Below are positions 27,101 through 34,716 of a stretch of 64,000 nucleotides of DNA, one piece after another (the first letter of the stretch is position 1; the number at the start of each line of letters is the position of its first letter). Below the pieces are notes generated by a model. It did no database searches. It was not told the DNA's origin and saw nothing but the letters and a program-made list of their open reading frames with translations. A program made the position numbers and the translations under genes. The DNA is taken from NCBI GenBank assembly GCA_020160755.1, contig JAIUPN010000009.1:73694-137693 (forward strand). The letters run 5' to 3'. This stretch comes from Pseudomonadota bacterium. GTDB taxonomy: Bacteria > Pseudomonadota > Alphaproteobacteria > Sphingomonadales > Sphingomonadaceae.

Positions 27101-27188
27101 CCACTTCTTCCGCGGCGTCCTGCGCAAACGCCGGCGTCGCCACCGTCATCGCAAGGATCGACGTTCCGATCAGTGCCTTGAACTTCAT
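24180..27188 (-). CDS. TonB-dependent receptor (large, 1002 aa)
   Basis: Signal peptide MKFKALIGTSILAMTVATPAFAQ, plug region GGEIVVTAQRQSERLQDVPIAVSAF, and a terminal ...AAGVKF. Confidence 0.9.
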   Translation of the reverse strand: MKFKALIGTSILAMTVATPAFAQDAAEEVERDAFGGEIVVTAQRQSERLQDVPIAVSAFSTEALEAQQIKTPSDLQLTLPNVTFTKTNFTGASFTIRGIGDLCVGTTCDSATAIHLNGDPLFSTRLFETEFYDLERIEVLRGPQGTLFGRNATSGVVNVITAKPKLGTFEAAVEAEYGNYDSMKGKAMVNIPLGDTMAFRVAGIYLNRDGYTKNSFLDTRIDDRDLYSVRGSFRWEPSDDTTIDLLASYFREKDQRTRIQKQLCQRDPTGILGCLNSRLDNSPFNGNATFTAALTSREFLAIRGIPQAFALGSLYGPDVYANTTIPSDPREVNTAYTPSYFTSELTLQGQIEHNFGPVSLQVSGQYQKVKLDASQDYNSNIGNRALYAGGLATLQAAANGALGAAFTPYFRPVAAAIIPNGPTGQLCTSLAEESGYGSFGGNKICSDQSLQFDRSNQYNSSWSVESILSSDLDGPFNFLVGGIYADYHLTENSYYVNAFPIDYLTGVLGAFTAATNASGPLPPSFLATPFFRNNTDDLKIKSYGLFGEAYFEVSDRLKLTAGLRYNNDKKSVTARSTLASFLAPHGGTTDTVFGSPFVGSFDADPGTPGNQIIQARKVKFNKLTGRFVIDFKVTDDNLLYASYSRGYKSGGINPPLQPIFAVPESFKPEQVDAFEIGSKNTFGGGALQLNLTAFYYKYKDLQLSKIVARTAVNDNVSADIYGFEAEAIVRPDPDVVVNLGFSYLHSKVSDDKFTSNPRDFGGGRSDAVIIKDITNAANCAVASRTGNVAGINAFVNQVNNLINTNPDINPDPAVTTRVIPGIQPGANLQGTTTFPADGGIASTGAFGICDVLSAAAAGAFSPLGLNPTTFGGVEYFSAGVPVNIKGNQLPQAPNYKFSAGVQYTARMGDMTLVPRVDMAYTGESYGSIFNGNVNRIKGYAQVNAQIQLNGADDKWYVKGFIQNVFDANSVTGLYITDQSSGNYTNIFTLEPRRYGIAAGVKF

Positions 27189-27434
27189 CTACAGCCTCCC
27201 TTTTTCGATCCCGCGAGGTGCGGGGCCGCCCAACTTCAAATTGTGGTAAGGGGAGTAGAAACGACCAGACATGACAAAGGGCATCGAGCCGGAACGGCCG
27301 AGCGCCTGTGCGTATCCCACTTGCCAGCTGTGCTGGTCATCGTCCTCTCCCACCGGCGTCGGGGAACACGCCGGCCTCTCCGGATCACGACCCGCTTGAG
27401 CGAGTTCTGTAATGCAAGGTGAAGGTGCGCCGAG

Positions 27435-27450
27435 TTGACGAAAGCGTCAA
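27435..27450. promoter_or_regulatory. inverted repeat TTGACG-AAAG-CGTCAA in the folE/receptor divergent region
   Basis: Read directly from the sequence. The arms are 6 bp and perfect. It lies 173 nt upstream of the folE ATG and 247 nt upstream of the receptor ATG. Confidence 0.2.
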
Positions 27451-27622
27451 GTGCCTTGTTTGGCCCAAAAAAGGACGCGAAACCGCGCCTCTCCGAAAAG
27501 TCAAAAAGCCAAGATTCCGCAACGTAAAGTTGATGGGGGAGGACAATTTCTTCTTGCCCGGCTCTTGCTTATCGGCGCCGGGACGTCGAAATGTGCGACA
27601 TGATGGCAACAGTGAAAGCGGG

Positions 27623-28228
27623 ATGATGAGCGACAACGGGCAGGAACTGGGACCGGACGGTAAGGTGGTGGTGCCGGACCATGTCGCGGCTGCGGTGCGG
27701 ACGCTGATCGAATGGGCGGGCGACGATCCGGCGCGCGAAGGATTGCTCGATACTCCCCGCCGCGTCGCGCGCGCGTGGAAGGAATATTGCTCGGGTTATG
27801 CCGACGACCCGGCGATCCACCTGTCACGCACCTTTGAGGAGGTCGGCGGCTATGACGAGATCGTGCTGCTGCGCGACATTCCGTTCCAGTCGCACTGCGA
27901 ACATCATATGGCGCCGATCACCGGCAAGGCGTCGATCGCCTATCTGCCGCGCGACCGCGTCGTCGGCATTTCGAAACTCGCCCGCGTGCTCAACGGCTAT
28001 GCGCGGCGTCTGCAGGTGCAGGAGCGCCTCACGGCCGAAGTCGCCAAGTGCATCTGGGACAATCTCCAGCCGCATGGCGTGGCGGTCGTTATCGACGCGC
28101 AGCATGGCTGTATGACCGGGCGCGGCGTACGCACGCCTGGCGTCGGCATGGTGACCAGCCGCCTGCTCGGCTGTTTTCTGAACGACCAGAGCAGCCGCAA
28201 GGAAGTGCTGAGCCTGATGGGATATTGA
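27623..28228 (+). CDS. folE: GTP cyclohydrolase I (type IA, zinc-dependent)
   Basis: MMSDNGQEL...GLLDTPRRVARAW... with FQSHCEHHMAPI and ERLTAEVA. Start ATG 27623 or 27626. The upstream part of ORF 27419..28228 was trimmed. Confidence 0.93.
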   Translation: MMSDNGQELGPDGKVVVPDHVAAAVRTLIEWAGDDPAREGLLDTPRRVARAWKEYCSGYADDPAIHLSRTFEEVGGYDEIVLLRDIPFQSHCEHHMAPITGKASIAYLPRDRVVGISKLARVLNGYARRLQVQERLTAEVAKCIWDNLQPHGVAVVIDAQHGCMTGRGVRTPGVGMVTSRLLGCFLNDQSSRKEVLSLMGY

Positions 28229-28240
28229 TGGAGAGGCGGC

Positions 28241-28897
28241 CTAGCGCCGCCACATCCGCAAGAGCTGATACTGCACCGCCTGGAGCCGGGTGAAATTGGC
28301 CGGGTCCATCTTGCGGCCCTCGATCGATGCGACCTCGTTGAGCTCGTACATCAGGTTCCGGTGCGCGACGTCGGGGATCAGGCTCTGGATGAAGGTGATT
28401 GCGACGAGCCGCTCTCCGCGGGTTACCGGCTCGACCTCGTGCAACGTGTGCGACGGATAGACGACCGCGACGCCTGGCGCTTCCTTGAAGCGCAGGTCGG
28501 CATTGCCGAGCTGCACATGCAGTGCGCCGCCGTCATAATCGGCCGGGTCGTTCAGGAAGACCGTGCAGCTGACATCGGTACGCAACTGGCCGTCGGGCAG
28601 GGGGATATAGGCGGCGTCTGGGTGCAGCCCGTAGTGCATCCCGGGGGTGTAGCGCGTCATGAGCGGCGGCGCGATGCGCGCGGGAAAGGTGAATTCCATG
28701 AAATCGGGATTCTGCACCATCGCATCGAGCAGGATCTTCGACGAGCGCTCGTAGGCGCCCGCGTCATGGAGCTGGAGGTTGTTCTTCACTGTCGAATGCG
28801 GGTTGCTGATCTTTCCGTCGACGAATTTGCCGCTGGCGGCAATCTCGCGCAGCGCGGCGACCGCGCCATCGTCGAGCAGCTGGACGAGCTTGAACAT
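28241..28897 (-). CDS. PKHD-type Fe(II)/2OG hydroxylase (PiuC/YbiX-like)
   Basis: 218 aa. MFKLVQLLDDGAVAALREIAASGKFVDGKISNPHSTVKNNLQL. HxD in YGLHPDAA and a distal His in YPSHTLHEV. Confidence 0.85.
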   Translation of the reverse strand: MFKLVQLLDDGAVAALREIAASGKFVDGKISNPHSTVKNNLQLHDAGAYERSSKILLDAMVQNPDFMEFTFPARIAPPLMTRYTPGMHYGLHPDAAYIPLPDGQLRTDVSCTVFLNDPADYDGGALHVQLGNADLRFKEAPGVAVVYPSHTLHEVEPVTRGERLVAITFIQSLIPDVAHRNLMYELNEVASIEGRKMDPANFTRLQAVQYQLLRMWRR

Positions 28898-29958
28898 TAT
28901 CGGCTTTCCCCATTGCCGTGGATCGGCAGGTCGCGAAGGCTTGTATAGCCTGCTGTGAGCGCTTCAACCCATGCGATCGCTTCGGCGATGGCGGACGCAT
29001 GTTCCGCCCGCGCCTGCACCTGCAGCTCGCGGCGCAGGTCGGGGCTGTAACCATGCTCGGGCGCCTTGGAATATTGGCGCATGATCGGCCCGGCGAGCGT
29101 GGCGTCGATGCGCACCTTGCTGGCTGGCAAGGCGAAATGCCCGGCTTGCGCCGCAAGCGCGGCGGCGGGATCGGCCAGCATCGCCTCGAAATCGGCCCAC
29201 AGGTAGCGCGGATCGCTTTGGGGCAGCGTGTGCTGCGCCGTCGCCATTTCACAAAGCCAGCTCATCGCGACGCGCGTGACCGGCGGCAGTTGCCACAGCG
29301 CGTGCGGGAAATCGGGAAGCAGGGCCGCGAGCCGCGCCATGCGCGCGGGCGCCTGCGCCTGCGTCTCGGCCATCGAGGCCTCGCCCGCGAGGATCGTCTC
29401 GATGTAACGGGGAAGCGCGACGTACAGGAACAGCGCACGGCCATCGGGGCCCGTCAGGTCGCGTGCGATCGCAGTGATCACGCTCGACGCCTTGACCATC
29501 GCAGGCTGATCGGGGCCGAAGCCGCGGCCAAGCCAGCCAAGTATCTGCGCAAGGCGTTGACGATAGCGTTCGGGCGACCACACCGACTCCGGCCGGTCGA
29601 TCCGCTCGGCGACCTGTGCCAGTGTGCGCAGCAGCATCGGCTCGCGCAGCGGAAGCGCGCCGCCGACCTCGGCAAGCAGGCGCGAGACAAGCGTCGATCC
29701 GACATGGCCGATATGGAAGATGAAATCGGGCCGCGGCGCGGCGGGGCCGAGGTCGGGCAGTGCATTCCACGCCATCCACTCACGCCCGATGCGGTCGGTC
29801 AGCAGCCGCTGGTCGAGAAAGCTCGCCGAACGATAATCTGCCTCGCCAAGCAGGGCGATCAGCACCCGGTCGTTCGCGAGATCCACCATATGCGGCAGCA
29901 GGCTCGCGTCGGCGGCAAAACGGGACTGAAAGCGATCGTCGGCCATCGTCGCTGCCAT
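28897..29958 (-). CDS. hypothetical protein with a weak sulfotransferase-like P-loop (FIFHIGHVGSTLVSRLL)
   Basis: ORF 28897..30018. The stop overlaps the PiuC-like start by 1 nt (TAATG). The first 20 codons of the ORF lie inside the rplI terminator hairpin, so ATG 29958 (MAATMADDRF) or 29946 is preferred. Both the start and the function are uncertain. Confidence 0.45.
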   Translation of the reverse strand: MAATMADDRFQSRFAADASLLPHMVDLANDRVLIALLGEADYRSASFLDQRLLTDRIGREWMAWNALPDLGPAAPRPDFIFHIGHVGSTLVSRLLAEVGGALPLREPMLLRTLAQVAERIDRPESVWSPERYRQRLAQILGWLGRGFGPDQPAMVKASSVITAIARDLTGPDGRALFLYVALPRYIETILAGEASMAETQAQAPARMARLAALLPDFPHALWQLPPVTRVAMSWLCEMATAQHTLPQSDPRYLWADFEAMLADPAAALAAQAGHFALPASKVRIDATLAGPIMRQYSKAPEHGYSPDLRRELQVQARAEHASAIAEAIAWVEALTAGYTSLRDLPIHGNGESR

Positions 29959-29970
29959 AGGAAAGGGCGA

Positions 29971-30015
29971 GGCATAAGAAAAGGGCCGCGTCTCCATCGG
30001 GAAACGCGGCCCTTT
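29971..30015 (-). terminator. intrinsic terminator of the rpsF-rpsR-rplI operon
   Basis: On the minus strand: AAAGGGCCGCGT-(12-nt loop)-ACGCGGCCCTTT followed by TCTTAT. This is a perfect 12-bp stem (plus-strand 29980-29991 / 30004-30015) starting 24 nt after the rplI stop. Confidence 0.6.
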
Positions 30016-30039
30016 CAAAAGGCTTTGGCCTGAAAAAGC

Positions 30040-30663
30040 TTAAGCTTCTTCGGCTTCGTCCGCAGCAGCTTCGGGAGCGAGTTCCGAAGGCGGCGTCGCG
30101 TCTTCGAATTCGTCTTCGCTGTCGGGTTCCAGAGCCGTGGCGACTGCCTCAGCCTGTTCTTCCTCGAACATCGCCGCGATGACGTCGATGCCCTGCTTCT
30201 GCATTTCGGCTTCGTCGGGCGAACGCGCGACGTTGACGCCGACGGTCACGACGACCTCGGGGTGCAGCTTGACCTTGACGTCGACCAGGCCGAGCGACTT
30301 GATCGGACGTTCCAGTTCGACCATCGACTTGCCGATGCCTTCGACGCCGTCTTCGGCGAGGGCGTCGACGATGTCACGGACCGAAACCGAACCATAAAGC
30401 TGGCCGGTGTTGGATGCCTGACGGATCAGAACGATCTGCTTGCCGTTGATGCCGCTGGCGCGGCCTTCGGCGTCGGCGCGACGTTCGGCGTTATCGGCTT
30501 CGATCTTGCCGCGGTTCGCTTCGAACAGCTTCTTGTTGGCGTCGTTCGCACGAAGCGCCTTGTTGTTCGGCAGCAGGTAGTTACGGGCAAAGCCGTTCTT
30601 GACGGTGACGACATCGCCGATACCGCCCAGTTTCTCGATACGTTCGAGCAGGATGATTTCCAT
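30040..30663 (-). CDS. rplI: 50S ribosomal protein L9
   Basis: MEIILLERIEKLGGIGDVVTVKNGFARNYLLP..., 207 aa with an acidic C-terminal tail. Confidence 0.97.
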   Translation of the reverse strand: MEIILLERIEKLGGIGDVVTVKNGFARNYLLPNNKALRANDANKKLFEANRGKIEADNAERRADAEGRASGINGKQIVLIRQASNTGQLYGSVSVRDIVDALAEDGVEGIGKSMVELERPIKSLGLVDVKVKLHPEVVVTVGVNVARSPDEAEMQKQGIDVIAAMFEEEQAEAVATALEPDSEDEFEDATPPSELAPEAAADEAEEA

Positions 30664-30676
30664 CGGTCCGCCCTCC

Positions 30677-30901
30677 TTACTTCACAATGTAGGGGAGCAG
30701 GCCGATGTGGCGCGAGCGCTTGATCGCTTTCGCCAGCTCACGCTGCTTCTTGGTGGACACCGCGGTAATCCGCGACGGGACGATCTTGCCACGCTCCGAC
30801 AGGTAACCCTGGAGCAGACGGACGTCCTTGTAGTCGATGACCGGTGCGTCCTTCTGGCTGAAGGGGCAGGTCTTGCGGCGGCGGAAAAAGGGTCGTGCCA
30901 T
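30677..30901 (-). CDS. rpsR: 30S ribosomal protein S18
   Basis: [64 protein letters not shown]. Confidence 0.97.
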   Translation of the reverse strand: MARPFFRRRKTCPFSQKDAPVIDYKDVRLLQGYLSERGKIVPSRITAVSTKKQRELAKAIKRSRHIGLLPYIVK

Positions 30902-30912
30902 GGTCGTTATCC

Positions 30913-31278
30913 TTATTCTTCGCCGTCGCGGTCACGGCCGCGGCCGCCACGACGTTCCTGCTTGCGCATCATCACGGACGGACCCTTTTCGAGTTCGTCG
31001 ACGCGGATGGTGAGCCAGCGGATGATATCTTCGTTGATCGCAGCCTGACGCTCGATCTCAGCGATGGCTTCGCCCGACACTTCGGCCGACAGCATCACAT
31101 AGTGACCCTTGCGGTTCTTCTGGATCTTGTAGGCGAGCTGCTTCAGGCCCCAGGTTTCGGTCTTGTGAACCTGGCCCTTAAACTCGCCGATGACGTTGGT
31201 GACGGTTTCCGCCAGCGCGTCGACCTGAGCCTGGCTCAGGTCCTGACGCGCGATAAAAACATGCTCGTAAAACGGCAT
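30913..31278 (-). CDS. rpsF: 30S ribosomal protein S6
   Basis: [30 protein letters not shown]..., 121 aa with an Arg/Asp-rich tail. Confidence 0.97.
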   Translation of the reverse strand: MPFYEHVFIARQDLSQAQVDALAETVTNVIGEFKGQVHKTETWGLKQLAYKIQKNRKGHYVMLSAEVSGEAIAEIERQAAINEDIIRWLTIRVDELEKGPSVMMRKQERRGGRGRDRDGEE

Positions 31279-31365
31279 GGTGCGCTTCCTTCGATTTGGC
31301 CGATCGCTGGCTTCGCGCCAATCGCGAAACCCCTCCGGCTGTCGTCAAGCCTTGCGTATTGATGC

Positions 31366-31402
31366 AAGACAAACGGGGCGACAGGCACGTGGCCTCGCCC
31401 CG
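31366..31402 (-). terminator. candidate intrinsic terminator after the Mur-ligase paralog
   Basis: Minus strand: GGGGCGA-(13-nt loop)-TCGCCCC followed by GTTTGTCTT. It lies 35 nt after the stop at 31437. Confidence 0.4.
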
Positions 31403-31436
31403 AATGAGCGCGCCTATACAGATTCGCGGGGAGAAA

Positions 31437-32825
31437 TCAAGCGCGCGCGGCCAGCTTTTCCAAGAGTTCGCGCCCGAATTCGGTGAGCGTGTCGTCGCGC
31501 GCGCCGAGGATCAGGATGCGGTCGCCGGTCCGGGCTTCGTTGAGCATCGCGGTGCCGCAGGCTGCCCGCGTTGTCATATGCACCGCGTCGGCCCCGCCCG
31601 CGACGATATCGGCGACTAGCGCCTCGCTGCCGACGCTGCGGTCGACGGTGCCGCCGAAATAGACGGGGTCGCAGGCGAACAGCCGGTCGCCTTCGCGCAT
31701 CCCGGCGGCAAAGCTGGCCGCAAGTTCCTTGCCCATCTGGCGCAGCGGGCCATAGCCGTGCGGCTGGAAGAAGAGCAGCGCGCGGCCGGGCAGTTCGGCG
31801 ACGGCGGCGAGCGTCGCGGCGACCTTGTCGGGGTTGTGCGCAAAATCGTCGACGACGGTAACGCCGCCGGCCTGGCCCAGCACCTCGTAGCGGCGCGCAA
31901 GGCCGGCAAAATCGGCGAGCGCCGCGACCGACTGCGCAACCGGTATGTTGACCGCACGCGCGGCGGCGATCGCGGCGAGGGCGTTCGCGGCATTGTGGCG
32001 GCCCGGCATCCGCAGCCGGACCTCGTGGCGGTCGGCGGCAAAGCTGACAGCAAAGCGGCAGCCGTCGGGCAGGGCCTCGAAATCGCTGCCGCGCATCGCC
32101 GCGCCGTCGCCAAAGCCGAAACGCAGATTGTTGCCGGTGCCGAACAGCGGGGCGGATTCGGGATCGTCGGCGTTGATCACCGCGATGCGCGCCTTGGCGG
32201 TAAAGTCGCCGAACAGGCGGTGCAGTTCTTCGAGGCTCTTGTGATCGAGGCTGATGTTGGTGACCACCGCAATATCGGGCTGGTATAGGGTGATCGATCC
32301 GTCGCTTTCGTCGACCTCGCTGACGTAAAAATCCTCATTGCCGACCAGCGCGCTGGCAAAGGGCCTGTCTTCGCCCGAAAAATTGCGCATCACCGCGCCG
32401 TTCATCACGGTCGGCTTGCGGCCCACGCTCTCGAGGATCCAGCCGATCATCCCGGTGACCGTCGACTTGCCGCTCGTTCCTCCCACGCCGATCGCCTTGT
32501 CCGCGGCGTTGAACAGCGCGGCGTTGAGGTCGGCGCGCGTCATCCGGGGAAGGCCGAGCGCCTTGGCCGCGGCGATATCGGGAACGCTGTCCTCGATCGC
32601 TGCCGAGGCAACGAGGATCTGGCCCGCCTTGGGGCCGCTGCCGTCCTGCGGATAGAAAGCGATTCCCTGGCTTTCGAGCCAGGCGAATTTCTCGGGCGTC
32701 CGGCCTTGGTCGCGGCTGCGATCCGACCCCGAAACCGCGGCGCCGCGCGCCGCGACGATCATCGCCAGCGGCAACATGCCCGACCCGCCGATGCCGCAGA
32801 AGAAATAGGATTTGTTTTCGGCCAT
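31437..32825 (-). CDS. Mur ligase family protein, MurC/Mpl-like paralog
   Basis: ORF 31437..32915 trimmed to ATG 32825 (MAENKSYFFCGIGGSGMLPLAMIV). P-loop GVGGTSGKSTVTGM and SEVDESDGS. A canonical murC is present at 52566. Confidence 0.8.
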   Translation of the reverse strand: MAENKSYFFCGIGGSGMLPLAMIVAARGAAVSGSDRSRDQGRTPEKFAWLESQGIAFYPQDGSGPKAGQILVASAAIEDSVPDIAAAKALGLPRMTRADLNAALFNAADKAIGVGGTSGKSTVTGMIGWILESVGRKPTVMNGAVMRNFSGEDRPFASALVGNEDFYVSEVDESDGSITLYQPDIAVVTNISLDHKSLEELHRLFGDFTAKARIAVINADDPESAPLFGTGNNLRFGFGDGAAMRGSDFEALPDGCRFAVSFAADRHEVRLRMPGRHNAANALAAIAAARAVNIPVAQSVAALADFAGLARRYEVLGQAGGVTVVDDFAHNPDKVAATLAAVAELPGRALLFFQPHGYGPLRQMGKELAASFAAGMREGDRLFACDPVYFGGTVDRSVGSEALVADIVAGGADAVHMTTRAACGTAMLNEARTGDRILILGARDDTLTEFGRELLEKLAARA

Positions 32826-32880
32826 CGCGGCGCGATATGGGCTTGGGTCAGGTTTGGCAAGGCAGGGCAGGGGACAGGAT

Positions 32881-33708
32881 TTGCGTATCGGGATCGTTGC
32901 CCCTTCGACCCCCATCCTGCCCGACGATGCGGAAGCCGTGCGCGCGCTTGCCAGCCTCGGCTATTCGGACATCGAACTCGAATTCGATCCGCAGTGTTTT
33001 GCGACGCACGGTCATTTCGCCGGTGAGGACGGGCACCGCTTCGCCGCGCTGGTCGAGATGGCGAACCGCCCCGATATCGACGCGGTCTGGTTCGCACGCG
33101 GCGGTTACGGCGCGTGCCGGATCGCCGAGGATGCGGTCGCCGCGTTGACCGACGTCGCGCGGGGCAAGGCGTTCCTCGGCTATTCGGATCAGGGCAATTT
33201 GCTGGGCGCGCTCTATCGCGAGGGTTTCGATCATGTCGCGCACGGCCCGATGGTCGCCGATATCCGCCGCGATGGCGGCGATTCCGCCGTTTTGCGTGCG
33301 CTCGACTGGCTCGTCGCGCGCGATCCTGCTGCGTGCGAGGCGGGGTTGCAGCACGGCGCGCGCCACGCGGCCTTCAACCTGATGACGCTGTCGATGCTGC
33401 TCGGCACCCCGCTCGAACCCGACCTGTCGGGACATGTCCTGCTCGTCGAGGAAGTGAGCGAATATCTCTACGCCTTCGACCGTGCCTTCTTCCATATGGC
33501 GACGTGCCTCGCGCCGCGCGGACTCGCCGGTTTGCGGCTCGGCCGGGTCAGCGCCGTTCCCGAAAACGACCGTCCTTTCGGCATGGAGGCCGAAGAGATT
33601 GCGCAGGACTGGTGTCATCGCACCGGCATCCCGTGGCTCGGGCGGGCCGACATCGGCCACGACGCGGCGAACAAGGTCGTGCCCTTCGGCTTGCATCGCG
33701 CGGGGTGA
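32881..33708 (+). CDS. ldcA: LD-carboxypeptidase (peptidase S66, muramoyltetrapeptide carboxypeptidase-like)
   Basis: Proposed start TTG 32881 (AGGGGA upstream) gives (M)RIGIVAPSTP. Nucleophile motif FLGYSDQGN and His in DIGHDAANKVVPFG. ATG 32812 would overlap the divergent Mur-ligase gene. Confidence 0.75.
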   Translation: MRIGIVAPSTPILPDDAEAVRALASLGYSDIELEFDPQCFATHGHFAGEDGHRFAALVEMANRPDIDAVWFARGGYGACRIAEDAVAALTDVARGKAFLGYSDQGNLLGALYREGFDHVAHGPMVADIRRDGGDSAVLRALDWLVARDPAACEAGLQHGARHAAFNLMTLSMLLGTPLEPDLSGHVLLVEEVSEYLYAFDRAFFHMATCLAPRGLAGLRLGRVSAVPENDRPFGMEAEEIAQDWCHRTGIPWLGRADIGHDAANKVVPFGLHRAG

Positions 33709-33752
33709 GGGAATAGGCGCGGGCCAAATCCATATTCTTCAGGGGACGCATC

Positions 33753-34691
33753 ATGCGCGCATTCATTTTTCCGGGTCAGGGCAGCCAGGCGGTCGGCATG
33801 GGCAAGGCCTTGTTCGAGGCCTCGCTCGTCGCGCGCGAGGTGTTCCAGGAGGTCGACGACGCGCTCGGCCAAAAGCTGTTCCAGCTGATGAGCGAAGGCC
33901 CCGAGGACCAGCTCACCCTCACCGAAAATGCCCAGCCCGCGATCATGGCGAACGCGATCGCGACCTTGCGCGTGCTCGAAAAGGAAGGCGGGGTGACGCT
34001 CGCCGCCAAGGCCGATTATGTCGCGGGCCACAGCCTCGGCGAATATAGCGCGCTCTGCGCGGCGGGCGCCTTCGACCTCGCGACCACCGCGCGGCTTTTG
34101 AAGACGCGCGGGCAAGCGATGCAGGCGGCAGTGCCCGTCGGCGTCGGCGCGATGGCGGCGCTGCTCGGCGCCGACATCGACACCGCGCAGAAGCTCGCCG
34201 ATGCGGCGGCCGAGGGTGAGGTCTGCACCGTCGCCAACGACAACGACCCGTCGCAGGTCGTGATCTCGGGCCACAAGGGCGCGGTCGAACGCGCGGTCGC
34301 GCTGGTCAAGGATTTCGGGATCAAGCGCGGCGTGCTGCTGCCGGTGTCGGCGCCCTTCCACTGCCCGCTGATGCAGCCCGCCGCCGACGCGATGGCCGAG
34401 GCGCTCGGCGCGAACCCGCCCGCCGCGCCGCTGGTACCGGTGGTGGCCAATGTCACCGCGAGCCCGGTCAGCGACGCCGACACGATCCGCGACCTGCTCG
34501 TGAGCCAGGTCACCGGCCGCGTTCGCTGGCGCGAAAGCGTCGCCTCGATGGAGGACATTGGCGTCACGCACTTCGTCGAATTCGGCGGCAAGGTCCTGTC
34601 GCCGATGGTCAAGCGCAGCGCCTCGGGCGAAGTCGAGACGGTCAGCGTGATTTCGATGGACGACATCGAAGCGCTGCTCAAGACGCTCTAA
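33753..34691 (+). CDS. fabD: malonyl-CoA:ACP transacylase
   Basis: MRAFIFPGQGSQAVGMGKALFE with active-site GHSLGEYSAL. Confidence 0.96.
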   Translation: MRAFIFPGQGSQAVGMGKALFEASLVAREVFQEVDDALGQKLFQLMSEGPEDQLTLTENAQPAIMANAIATLRVLEKEGGVTLAAKADYVAGHSLGEYSALCAAGAFDLATTARLLKTRGQAMQAAVPVGVGAMAALLGADIDTAQKLADAAAEGEVCTVANDNDPSQVVISGHKGAVERAVALVKDFGIKRGVLLPVSAPFHCPLMQPAADAMAEALGANPPAAPLVPVVANVTASPVSDADTIRDLLVSQVTGRVRWRESVASMEDIGVTHFVEFGGKVLSPMVKRSASGEVETVSVISMDDIEALLKTL

Positions 34692-34716
34692 TTCAAAGAC
34701 TTCAGGAGAAACTCAG

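Noticed and set aside
27189-27420. A cobalamin or TPP riboswitch in the long leader of the 1002-aa receptor gene.
   Set aside because: Reading the minus strand I could not find a B12 box (GCCACTG-like) or the TPP CTGAGA/ACCCTTTGAACCTGATC core. It is left only as a cmsearch suggestion.
24156-27422. A 1088-aa ORF on the plus strand covering the whole 1002-aa receptor gene in antisense.
   Set aside because: This is a shadow ORF. Its composition is dominated by D/V/A/R/G/E, with no signal or domain motifs. It stays open only because TTA/CTA/TCA codons are rare in the real minus-strand gene. The minus-strand product has clear TonB-receptor hallmarks.
28235-28251. The hairpin GGCGGC-CTAGC-GCCGCC between convergent folE and the PiuC-like gene, considered as a terminator.
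   Set aside because: It is a short 6-bp stem that overlaps the stop codon and 3' coding end of the minus-strand gene. It has no U-tract on either side.
29959-30018. TTG 30018 or ATG 29997 as the start of the 373-aa ORF.
   Set aside because: These codons lie inside a perfect 12-bp stem-loop plus U-tract, 24 nt after the rplI stop, which looks like the operon terminator. This is kept as an alternative only.
32812-32880. ATG 32812 as the start of the LD-carboxypeptidase.
   Set aside because: It would overlap the divergent Mur-ligase start head-to-head by 14 nt. Homologs typically begin right at the (M)xIGIVAPS motif, which is reached from TTG 32881.
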